DNA of 32,000 nt from NCBI GenBank assembly GCA_001029695.1, contig CP011211.1, positions 990,001-1,022,000 on the forward strand, in the 5' to 3' direction. A model generated the notes under the pieces. That model was not told where the DNA came from. It saw nothing but the letters and a program-made list of their open reading frames with translations, and did not search any database. Shown one piece after another: positions 15,316 to 24,928 of the stretch (its first letter is position 1; every line of letters starts with the position of its first letter). Made by a program: the position numbers and the translations under genes. The stretch comes from Candidatus Saccharimonadota bacterium. Its GTDB lineage: Bacteria; Patescibacteriota; Saccharimonadia; Saccharimonadales; Saccharimonadaceae.

Positions 15316-15365
15316 AAAATAAAACAGGGGTCACTGCGAGATAAAATATCTCTACAGTGACCCCT
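15316..15365 (-). terminator. Terminator downstream of 15380..15586
   Basis: Reverse strand: AGGGGTCACTG...CAGTGACCCCT (11-bp stem), then GTTTTATTTT. Confidence 0.75.
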
Positions 15366-15379
15366 TTGGGTGGACAATG

Positions 15380-15586
15380 TCATTGCGCAGCATCTATAAC
15401 TGTGTAGGAGTAGCGACTATTGCTAGTCATCGTATCGCTAACCGGCCCGCGATGTCGTAGATCATCCCATATAATCAGTGCAATTGACTCCCCTTTTGTA
15501 TGGATGTGGCCGACAATGATTCCACGGCGTATATCTCCAGAGCTAATCGTCCTTTTCTGAACGCGTTTAACCTGTGATTCTGACAT
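15380..15586 (-). CDS. Hypothetical 68-aa protein; start revised from 15661 to ATG 15586
   Basis: The promoter (15633-15661) lies inside the track ORF. AAGGAG lies 7 nt upstream of ATG 15586 (MSESQVKRVQKRTISSGD...). Confidence 0.55.
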   Translation of the reverse strand: MSESQVKRVQKRTISSGDIRRGIIVGHIHTKGESIALIIWDDLRHRGPVSDTMTSNSRYSYTVIDAAQ

Positions 15587-15632
15587 TCGCAAGCTCCTTT
15601 TGTGAAGAGTGCTTGACGTACCCAATGAAAAT

Positions 15633-15661
15633 ACTATACATCTTTTTAATATATATGTCAA
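15633..15661 (-). promoter_or_regulatory. Promoter TTGACA-17-TATAGT
   Basis: Reverse strand: TTGACA (15656-15661), 17 nt, TATAGT (15633-15638). Confidence 0.7.
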
Positions 15662-15673
15662 TAATATAGTAGA

Positions 15674-15705
15674 GCGGCGATCTTAGCCTAGGCTAAGATC
15701 GCCGC
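15674..15705. repeat. Perfect 32-nt palindrome GCGGCGATCTTAGCC|TAGGCTAAGATCGCCGC
   Basis: Read directly; a 16-bp self-complementary arm pair. It lies 176 nt downstream of the pseudouridine synthase stop and may be its terminator, but no T tract flanks it. Confidence 0.6.
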
Positions 15706-15881
15706 AGGTGTCACTCTTCGAGGTCTTCGATGATAGTGACGTAGCCATTCCATTCTCCGTCCGAGTTCGGTGTGATGCCTAGTGTGCATAGCTCGACGGT
15801 TGAGCACTCTCCGTTCATTTCGATATTTACGACTCGCTCTTCACGCTCTGTCGTGTACGGATATGAACGAAAGATGCAATA

Positions 15882-16574
15882 TTATAGCGGTTGAACGGTT
15901 TCGATTTCACCTACCGCTAGTTCGCCAAGCGCGTAAGGACCAAAGTTCGTGCGATGGAGTTTTTTGACGGTGTAGCCAAGCGCGCCAAATGTTCGACGAA
16001 TTTGGCGGTTGCGGCCTTCGCTCATTGTGACAATCCAGCTCTTCCTGTCAGTCTCGTTCATACGCTCAAGCTGAAGTTTACTGCCACCATCTTCAAGCTG
16101 AACGCCATGGTCGCTAATCATTTGCTGGTGAAGTGGCGCGAGTTCGTTTTCGAGGCGGACATTGTATATCTTAACTTTTGCAAATTTAGGGTGTGTCATG
16201 CGATAGGCAAAGTCGCCATCATTTGTGAGGAGGATAAGTCCGCTACTGTCTCGATCGAGTCGACCGACAGGCTTGAGATGATGGTATTGTTTTGGGATGA
16301 TATCGTAGATTGTCGGGCTGTCGCCTTGTTGCTTGCGTGAACATACGTAATCGACAGGCTTGTGAAACGCTACGTAGCCATATGCTACTTGGCTTCCCGT
16401 TTCTTTTCCTTGTACTTTGATTGAGTCGCCTTCGTCGTAGCGTGCGCCTAGTGTCGCAACTGTATCGTTCACAGTGACTTTTTTTGCATCGATAAGATCA
16501 TCGGCTTCTCTACGCGAAATACCTAGCTGAAGCGCTAGGTATTTGTTGAGCCGAAGGTTAGTTGATTCAGACAT
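15882..16574 (-). CDS. Pseudouridine synthase, RsuA/RluB family (S4 domain plus catalytic domain)
   Basis: The S4-like N-terminus is LRLNKYLALQLGISRREADDLI. The catalytic motif is VGRLDRDSSGLILLTNDG. Confidence 0.9.
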   Translation of the reverse strand: MSESTNLRLNKYLALQLGISRREADDLIDAKKVTVNDTVATLGARYDEGDSIKVQGKETGSQVAYGYVAFHKPVDYVCSRKQQGDSPTIYDIIPKQYHHLKPVGRLDRDSSGLILLTNDGDFAYRMTHPKFAKVKIYNVRLENELAPLHQQMISDHGVQLEDGGSKLQLERMNETDRKSWIVTMSEGRNRQIRRTFGALGYTVKKLHRTNFGPYALGELAVGEIETVQPL

Positions 16575-16598
16575 CTATATAGAAGATGGTAGCACAGC

Positions 16599-17495
16599 TT
16601 ATTGCTGTTGACCAAATTGAGAGCTCTCATTAGTTGGACGAGGAGTTTCCTCGTATGAAGTGTTTTCAGCTTGTGCAGGGGCCTCCTGGGTCGGCTGCTG
16701 TCCATATGACTGGAACTGATCAACTGGAGCTTGGGGAGCTACAGAAGGGGCTTCTTCGGCAAGATCAGGCACAGACTGAACGGCGTCTGGCATCGCTTTT
16801 AGTTCTTGAGCGATTTGACTACTGACAGATTCACTTGTCGTTGGAGCAGCTGATTCTAGAGGGTGGATGATTCTTTCGCCAAGTGTAGCTGGCCGTGGTG
16901 ATGAGAATGGCGCAGTTGGCTGTGGAAGGGTGGCTTCAACTGGAGCAGGGGCAACTTGTTGTTGCTCTTGTGGTGCAACTGGCGTATAGGCTTGGTCTGC
17001 CGGAGGCAAGACTGTTGGCTGTGGAGGGAGAGACTCGATTGTTGCTGCCGGAGCTGGAGCTACTTGTTGTTGCTCTTGTGGTGCAACTGGCGCAGTCTGA
17101 GGTGCTGGCGAGCTTGGAGCGGCTTGTTGATCTCCAAGTACTTCATGAACGGTTCGGACGACATCCTCGATACCTACTTGTGACTTAACGAGGTAGCGAT
17201 CGGCGCCTAGCTGTTCGCCGCGAGCGCGTTGGTCATCGCTGCTGAGTGCTGTCATCATGATGACCTTGATATCACGAGTCTCTGTCGTGCTTCGAAGAAT
17301 ATCGAGCATATCAAAGCCGCTGATTTTTGGCATCATTACATCGCTTACAATAAGCTCTGGGCGTTCCTTGATTGCCATGGCAAGCGCTTCTTCTCCATCG
17401 CCAGCGGATACGATGTCATATCCCTCGGCAAGAAGTCGAACTCCATAAATTTCTCTTAAGCTCTTGTCGTCTTCTACTAGTAGTATCTTTGTCAT
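16599..17495 (-). CDS. Response regulator: receiver domain plus ~175-aa Pro/Gln/Ala-rich tail, no recognisable output domain
   Basis: MTKILLVEDDKSLREIYG...IVSDVMMPKISGFD...MMTALS...YLVKS is a CheY-like receiver. The remainder is low complexity, with APVAPQEQQQVAPAP occurring twice. Confidence 0.88.
   Translation of the reverse strand: MTKILLVEDDKSLREIYGVRLLAEGYDIVSAGDGEEALAMAIKERPELIVSDVMMPKISGFDMLDILRSTTETRDIKVIMMTALSSDDQRARGEQLGADRYLVKSQVGIEDVVRTVHEVLGDQQAAPSSPAPQTAPVAPQEQQQVAPAPAATIESLPPQPTVLPPADQAYTPVAPQEQQQVAPAPVEATLPQPTAPFSSPRPATLGERIIHPLESAAPTTSESVSSQIAQELKAMPDAVQSVPDLAEEAPSVAPQAPVDQFQSYGQQPTQEAPAQAENTSYEETPRPTNESSQFGQQQ
16954..17092. repeat. Direct repeat: identical 31-nt core at 16954-16984 and 17062-17092 (period 108 nt)
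   Basis: acttgttgttgctcttgtggtgcaactggcg occurs twice. It encodes the repeated PVAPQEQQQV unit of the regulator tail. Confidence 0.85.
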
Positions 17496-17560
17496 ATTGT
17501 CTCCATTTTACTAAAGCATTAGCGAAAATACTATACCTGCTTGTGTTTAAAGTTTTATTT

Positions 17561-19567
<2,007 letters not shown>

Positions 19568-19738
19568 GAAGGAACTGCCGATGTTTTTAATGTCAGTCAG
19601 TGAGGCCCATAAAAAAAGAAGCAGTACAATTGATGCGATAAGAACAGTCGCTTCACATATGCGACGATGCCAAAACGGTGTGAGTGTCAGTGGTTTAATT
19701 GCCCATTCCCCTATTTATTTGCTGACGTGCTTGTGGTT

Positions 19739-19767
19739 ATTATGCCTGATTTATAGTTTGTTCACAA
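19739..19767 (-). promoter_or_regulatory. Promoter TTGTGA-17-CATAAT upstream of the kinase
   Basis: Reverse strand: TTGTGA (19762-19767), 17 nt, CATAAT (19739-19744). Confidence 0.5.
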
Positions 19768-19828
19768 GAGCTAAAGTACGGAGTTTAGCATAATTGAACT
19801 ATACGTCGGAGACAAGTATGTGGTTTAT

Positions 19829-22012
19829 CTATATAGCCTGTTCTACTGAGAAGTTATCAAATTGCCAAGTTGTATCTGTTGTATGGCCTGCGCTGAAGCC
19901 GGCAAATCCAGAAGGTTTTGTGCCTGTGTATGTTAGCGTGTCAGTAGCTATGCCGTTGATCCACATAGTGACTACTGCACTTGTGCCGTTTGTGTCCCAT
20001 TTTGCGCTTACTCCAACAGTGTCACCTGGTGTTACTGTTGTCGATGGACCTTGGGCAGCGCTACCTCCACTGTCGACGAGATTAAGGCGTGCACCAAGCA
20101 GTTGTGAGGCCGAAGTCTGCGTGACACGCACTCCAAGGGCTGTTGTACCCGAACTGCCGACAGCTGATCGTGCACAGTCGATGACGATTAGAGCAGTTGT
20201 CGAAGATAAGGTTGTTAGTTTTTCTGTGATCTTGATACTTGCGCGTGCATCAGCGAAGCCGGTTGCTACTGCAGCGGTTGAATAGCCAGGTGATGCTCCG
20301 GCGCGAAGTATACCGCCAGAAACGGTGAATTTATCGGTGTTTGATGCAAGTGCATAATTCTTGGTCGTGCCGCCGTTTACGGTGTCTGTTGCACGGTTTG
20401 GCGTGCCGTAGAGGCTGCCCGATCCTGTGAAAGAGTCAGAGGTGTATGTCGACCATGTCGCCGACGGGGTGACGCTTGTCGAGGCTGAAGACTTAGCTGA
20501 TCGATTACCCGCTGCGTCGTAGGCGGTAACCTTGAAGCTGACTGCTGTTCCATTGCTGAGTCCTGTGACGGTTATGGGGCTTGTTGAGTTCGTAGCAGCG
20601 ATAGCCGAGTAGCCGTCGACTGAGCTGTATGCTTCGTATCCGACGACGGCGACATTGTCCGAAGAGGGTGTAAAGCTAAGGGTTGCTGAGCTGTCGCCAG
20701 CTATAGCACTTGGTGTACCTGGTACACTCGGTGCCGTTACGTCACCTCCTATCACGAGTGCGTATCCTCGTGATTTAAACTCATGTTCGATGGCCGCATT
20801 GAGTACATTGTAGCCGGCGTCATTGAGGTGTAGTGTGTCGGTGCGAAGCTGCGACGGAGTGACACCATTTGCAATATCAGTCGTATCTTGGCCGGTTAGA
20901 GTGTAGCCAAGCGCGGTGATGACATTTGGGTCACGCACCCATGCTGCCACATCGACAAAGTTACTGGCGAAGGCGTCACGTATAGCTGCATTTACCGCAT
21001 CAAGCGTCGTGCGGTTTGCGCTTCCTGTTACTTCCGTGTTTATCGGTGGAATTGACAATACGAGAGCACGGTCTCGTTGACGAGTGTTTTTGAGCATCGA
21101 CTCAATAAGCGCCGGAATTGCAGTAACCGCTCCTGGAAGCAATGTGGAGTTCCGTCCTGTCCAAATGATCGGTAGATGGTCGTGATATTCAAATCCAGTT
21201 TGGATCGGTGTTGATGCAGCAACATTTATAGCGTAGCCTGGCGTAGAACGTGTAAATGTATATGTCCAAGGGGTTGTACCTGGGTTGGTCGCCGTGAGCG
21301 TCCCTTTTACTCCCATGAGAGAGACGGAGAGTGAGCGCGTCGAGCCAACTGCAACTGCAGTTCCTTGAAGTATGTCGATATTTGGCGTGAGCGCTACGGG
21401 AGTCGAGGCGGCGGGAATAGTAATGTCTGTGACGACTCTTGCAGGTGCGCCACCCTGACGTGCGGCGATTTGGTCTGATTTTTGTGAGCCTATTCCGAAG
21501 CCTTGATTGTCAAGGCCGGTGCGGCCGATCGCTGCAAGAAGTGGCGCAAGGCGCGTTGACCAATTGGCAGTAAGCGAATCGCCCCATCGAACAATAGGTA
21601 TCGCCGTGACCGGTACTGCGTCGCCTGTTGCTATAGTGACGTTGCCCGCTCCATTTGGAGTAACGCCATTGACGGATTTTACTACTTGGGATGTTAGTGC
21701 AATCGGTGCGTAGGTGCTGTCACCAATTGTGGTGATCCGCGTGTCAGTTTCTGCTTGAGTGAGATATCCATCGAGCTCGGCGCGAACAGCGGCAGTAAGT
21801 TTATTTCGACTCACCGCATCTTCAGCGAGAGCTGTCGTCGTGACCGCTCCCGTTGCGAGAGCTACACTTGTGACAGAGTTTGGTGCAAGTGTGGCGCTCG
21901 TAACGCTGTTATCTTTGAGCAGACCGTCTGACGTATGTGACTGACTAAGATACTCGTTGAGAACTACTCCCCAATTACCGGCATCTCCACCTGGTTGCGG
22001 TAAACGTGCCAT
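19829..22012 (-). CDS. Multidomain protein: phage-minor-tail-like N-terminus, SGNH/GDSL hydrolase, FN3-like and lectin/jelly-roll-like C-terminus
   Basis: MARLPQPGGDAGNWGVVLNEYLSQSHTSDGLLK opening. GDSLT, GRN and DTLHLNDAG are SGNH blocks. FN3-like segment is SATLSFTPSSDNVAVVGYEAY...VTAYDAAGNRS. The C-terminus is beta-rich. SD GAGGA lies 9 nt upstream. Confidence 0.8.
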   Translation of the reverse strand: MARLPQPGGDAGNWGVVLNEYLSQSHTSDGLLKDNSVTSATLAPNSVTSVALATGAVTTTALAEDAVSRNKLTAAVRAELDGYLTQAETDTRITTIGDSTYAPIALTSQVVKSVNGVTPNGAGNVTIATGDAVPVTAIPIVRWGDSLTANWSTRLAPLLAAIGRTGLDNQGFGIGSQKSDQIAARQGGAPARVVTDITIPAASTPVALTPNIDILQGTAVAVGSTRSLSVSLMGVKGTLTATNPGTTPWTYTFTRSTPGYAINVAASTPIQTGFEYHDHLPIIWTGRNSTLLPGAVTAIPALIESMLKNTRQRDRALVLSIPPINTEVTGSANRTTLDAVNAAIRDAFASNFVDVAAWVRDPNVITALGYTLTGQDTTDIANGVTPSQLRTDTLHLNDAGYNVLNAAIEHEFKSRGYALVIGGDVTAPSVPGTPSAIAGDSSATLSFTPSSDNVAVVGYEAYSSVDGYSAIAATNSTSPITVTGLSNGTAVSFKVTAYDAAGNRSAKSSASTSVTPSATWSTYTSDSFTGSGSLYGTPNRATDTVNGGTTKNYALASNTDKFTVSGGILRAGASPGYSTAAVATGFADARASIKITEKLTTLSSTTALIVIDCARSAVGSSGTTALGVRVTQTSASQLLGARLNLVDSGGSAAQGPSTTVTPGDTVGVSAKWDTNGTSAVVTMWINGIATDTLTYTGTKPSGFAGFSAGHTTDTTWQFDNFSVEQAI

Positions 22013-22060
22013 CTAATTACATCCTCGCTTTTTTACTGTACATTGTTAGTTATTAGTATA

Positions 22061-22091
22061 CTACAAACTACTCATGCTAAGTAGTTTGTAG
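22061..22091 (-). terminator. Perfect 12-bp hairpin downstream of the helicase (no T tract)
   Basis: ctacaaactact / catgcta / agtagtttgtag. On the reverse strand it is followed directly by TATACT, a possible -10 for the next gene. Confidence 0.5.
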
Positions 22092-22116
22092 TGATGAAAT
22101 ATGATGGGGCGCGGGG

Positions 22117-24084
22117 CTATTTATCGCGATATGAGGATACGATTGACTGCCCTACTGCGATCGAGACCATCGTCTGCGCAGTGTAGAGTGTGACGCCGCG
22201 GTGAGTGCGGGCACGAAATCGTTTCGTAAAGTAAAGATCCTTGTCAGATTTGATGATTTCGCGAGCAACTGTCTCGACGCTCTGATAATTTACATCAACA
22301 TAGGGATATTTTCGCTGGATGATATTGATAAGCTCATTAAGACTGACATGGGCTGTATCTCCTACGCGAAGTCCCTGGCCTGTATGAACAGCGCTTGGTA
22401 AGGTTGCGATACAGTCTTGAATTTGCTCCTCATCGTAGGCCTCGATTGCTTCGTGATGGCGCCGTACTAGTCGAATATCGATATCTTGATGCTTTTTTAG
22501 ATGGTTAAGCGCGAAACTATCGACGGCGAGCCGCGTCAATAATCGGCCTGCCGATGCGAAAGTGCGCACTTTTCCGTTTTGTTTTATTGATGCTTGACCG
22601 CGCGTGAGGCGCGGCAAGGTTTCAAGCAGTTCAGCATAGAGCGTGTAGTTATTGACGATGGTTTTTATTGAGCCGTATTGCTTAAAGATAGACTCAATGG
22701 ATTGCTCTATAGTTGTCAGATGTAAAGGTGTGATGTCACCTATCGGTGCACCGTTTTTGATACTTTCAAGCGTGAAGATATCGGCCATAGAGACTTGCGG
22801 TGCAGTATTTGATGCGATAGCATCAACGATATCGATCGCGAGAGCAGGGCGGCCATCCGGCTTATTGCGTAAAATACGGCCAGTACGCTGACGAGCCGAC
22901 ACGAGTGATCTGGTTGGTCGAGCGTTGATGATGACGTTCGCGCGCTGGCTGTCCCAGCCTTCAGTGAGGACATCTATGTACGTTAATGCGTCGATGGTCC
23001 CCTTTTCGAGCTCGGCATAAATAGCTTGGCGAGCCGCTGCGGAGATGAGGCTTGTGATAGCATGAACACGGATCGGACGCGAAATGCCAGCTTCATCTTC
23101 GATACGTTGGCTGGACAGCATATCGGCTAAAAGGCGTGGATGAGCCATAGTTTCACCCGGTATGCAGGCGATAATCGGTGTGTTGCCTGCTTGAATTAGC
23201 TGGGTGGCAATCGACACTATCATGCGGTTGCGCGTGGTATCATGAATTAACTGTCGTAGACTTCCGTTCTCGTATTCGCCAAGAGCGCTGAGCGAAAATT
23301 CTTGAGCAGTTGCCTCCGGTGCAGGGATGGCAACCGGAATAACCGGTGAGAGCATAGCTAGTTTAATCGCTTCTTTTAAATCAAGGCGATGGATCAAGTG
23401 TGGTAAAAGACTTTCGAGGCTACGAGACGCGTGGTAGTCGGGCGTGGCTGTAAAGCCGATGATTAATGTATCAGGGTCGATATCTTGGATGATTTGTCGG
23501 CTGCTAGTGCCGAGCGCCTTGTGTCCTTCATCAAGAAAGATGATGTCGAAGTGCTGACTGACGAGATTGACAAGTGTAGTGCGACTCTTTCCCTGTTCGT
23601 CGGTTGTTGTCATAGGTGTTGCGGCGAGCTTTGCGAGCGAGGCGTAAGTAGTAATTGTGACGTTAGCATCAAGTCCGCGCATGCCCGATGGTGTGTCGCT
23701 ATAAAATGTCCCGACACTCATGTGCGGTGCAAACCCGGCAAATCCCTTGTCGCCACGACTCCCGCCGACAGTTTGGCGAACTAAGTCTTTGGTCGGTGTG
23801 ACGACGAGAATTTTTGGTGGTTTTTCTGTTTGGTAGCTAAATGCTTCGGCGAGCGTCACGAACAAAACCGTCTTGCCTGTGCCTGTCGGAGCTTCTATAT
23901 AGCCACGACGATTGCCGCGACGTAAAAATTCGACAGTATCTTTGATGATCGCTTTTTGATGTTCGTATAAAATATCTGCTTTTTTGCCGTCAGCTATAAA
24001 TCGCTCTAGATTGCGGAGATATGGCGCGTCAATCTCTGTTATCGAGCTGGCTCCTTGGCTTGCGGATGGTACAGTTGCTGTCAT
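22117..24084 (-). CDS. SF2 helicase (ResIII/DEAD-like plus Helicase_C) with uncharacterised ~230-aa C-terminal region; start revised to ATG 24084
   Basis: Motif I APTGTGKT, motif II FLDEGH, motif III FTATP, motif VI ARQRTGRILR. The track start at 24087 is a TTG immediately before an ATG. Confidence 0.88.
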   Translation of the reverse strand: MTATVPSASQGASSITEIDAPYLRNLERFIADGKKADILYEHQKAIIKDTVEFLRRGNRRGYIEAPTGTGKTVLFVTLAEAFSYQTEKPPKILVVTPTKDLVRQTVGGSRGDKGFAGFAPHMSVGTFYSDTPSGMRGLDANVTITTYASLAKLAATPMTTTDEQGKSRTTLVNLVSQHFDIIFLDEGHKALGTSSRQIIQDIDPDTLIIGFTATPDYHASRSLESLLPHLIHRLDLKEAIKLAMLSPVIPVAIPAPEATAQEFSLSALGEYENGSLRQLIHDTTRNRMIVSIATQLIQAGNTPIIACIPGETMAHPRLLADMLSSQRIEDEAGISRPIRVHAITSLISAAARQAIYAELEKGTIDALTYIDVLTEGWDSQRANVIINARPTRSLVSARQRTGRILRNKPDGRPALAIDIVDAIASNTAPQVSMADIFTLESIKNGAPIGDITPLHLTTIEQSIESIFKQYGSIKTIVNNYTLYAELLETLPRLTRGQASIKQNGKVRTFASAGRLLTRLAVDSFALNHLKKHQDIDIRLVRRHHEAIEAYDEEQIQDCIATLPSAVHTGQGLRVGDTAHVSLNELINIIQRKYPYVDVNYQSVETVAREIIKSDKDLYFTKRFRARTHRGVTLYTAQTMVSIAVGQSIVSSYRDK

Positions 24085-24150
24085 CAAGCATCTATTATCT
24101 CATTTTAGGCGCGATCTGTCGCCTGTATGTTTTATGTAGCCGCTCTACTG

Positions 24151-24540
24151 CTACAAGCTCCACTCTTTTTGCCAGTTTTGCATTTGTTTAATTTCGTTGG
24201 TCTGCGCATCTACGACGGCTTTGGCGAGGGCTTTGATTTCTTGATGTTTCGCATTGGCTTCGCCTGGAGCTGTGATCTCGACTGTACTCTCACGGTGGAT
24301 GATCATCCCCTCTGTGAATGCCTTGTCTTAGACGTCACCTTTGAGTGCGGCGTACATCTTGTAGTCATCGCTGTCTTTTTGCACTAATGAGCTGTCACTA
24401 TCTTTACCTGCCATATTCATGTCGCTGTGACTGTCTTTCTTGTCGCTAAAGTAGCTGTTTAGTAGCGGACCAGCGATAAAAGCTGCAGCTACCACAAGGA
24501 TTGCGGCAACTATGGTTAGTATGGTTGTTCGATTCTTCAT
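24151..24540 (-). pseudogene. Membrane-anchored DUF305-like protein interrupted by an in-frame TAA (24328-24330)
   Basis: The track ORF (70 aa, TM anchor ILTIVAAILVVAAAFIAG) ends ...KMYAALKGDV*. The same frame continues DKAFTEGMIIHRESTVEITAPGEANAKHQEIKALAKAVVDAQTNEIKQMQNWQKEWSL* to TAG 24151-24153. That is the DUF305 pattern F..GMI.H...A..M......H.E...LA..I...Q..EI..M..W. Confidence 0.65.
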
Positions 24541-24562
24541 AGTATCTCCTTTAGTAATATGT

Positions 24563-24916
24563 CTACCGTCTTGCTTTCGACAGATTCGTTAGTATTTCGA
24601 TAAGCTGAGGTTTTGGCGTGAAGCCGATGAGTCTCTGAGCTTCTTTTCCGTCAATGAAGATTGGCATATTCGGAATACTCTGGACGTCCTGTTCGGCAGC
24701 AATCTGGCGGTTTTCTTCGTTTTCTGGAGTATCTTCAATGTTGATTTTTACGATATCGACAGTATCATCAAGCTCTTCGCTAGCTGCGTAAAGGTGCGGT
24801 GTCATTGCGACACACGGCGGACACCAGCTTGCCCAAAAATCAACAAGGACGACTTTTGGGTTTTGTAATACTTTTTCTTCAAAATCTCTTCTTGTAGTAA
24901 TGGTATAGATTGCCAT
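24563..24916 (-). CDS. Thioredoxin-family protein (WCPPC active site)
   Basis: VVLVDFWASWCPPCVAMTP with a thioredoxin-fold length of 117 aa. Confidence 0.9.
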   Translation of the reverse strand: MAIYTITTRRDFEEKVLQNPKVVLVDFWASWCPPCVAMTPHLYAASEELDDTVDIVKINIEDTPENEENRQIAAEQDVQSIPNMPIFIDGKEAQRLIGFTPKPQLIEILTNLSKARR

Positions 24917-24928
24917 GATTTAGCTCCT

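Noticed and set aside
15711-15818. 35-aa minus-strand ORF (MNGECSTVELCTLGITPNSDGEWNGYVTIIEDLEE) between the pseudouridine synthase and the 32-nt palindrome
   Set aside because: It has no SD or promoter and is very short. It lies in the same frame as the upstream stop, so it could also be a degraded C-terminal extension. Evidence is insufficient.
24127-24387. 86-aa plus-strand ORF
   Set aside because: It is antisense to the DUF305-like reading frame, which has a recognisable family pattern.
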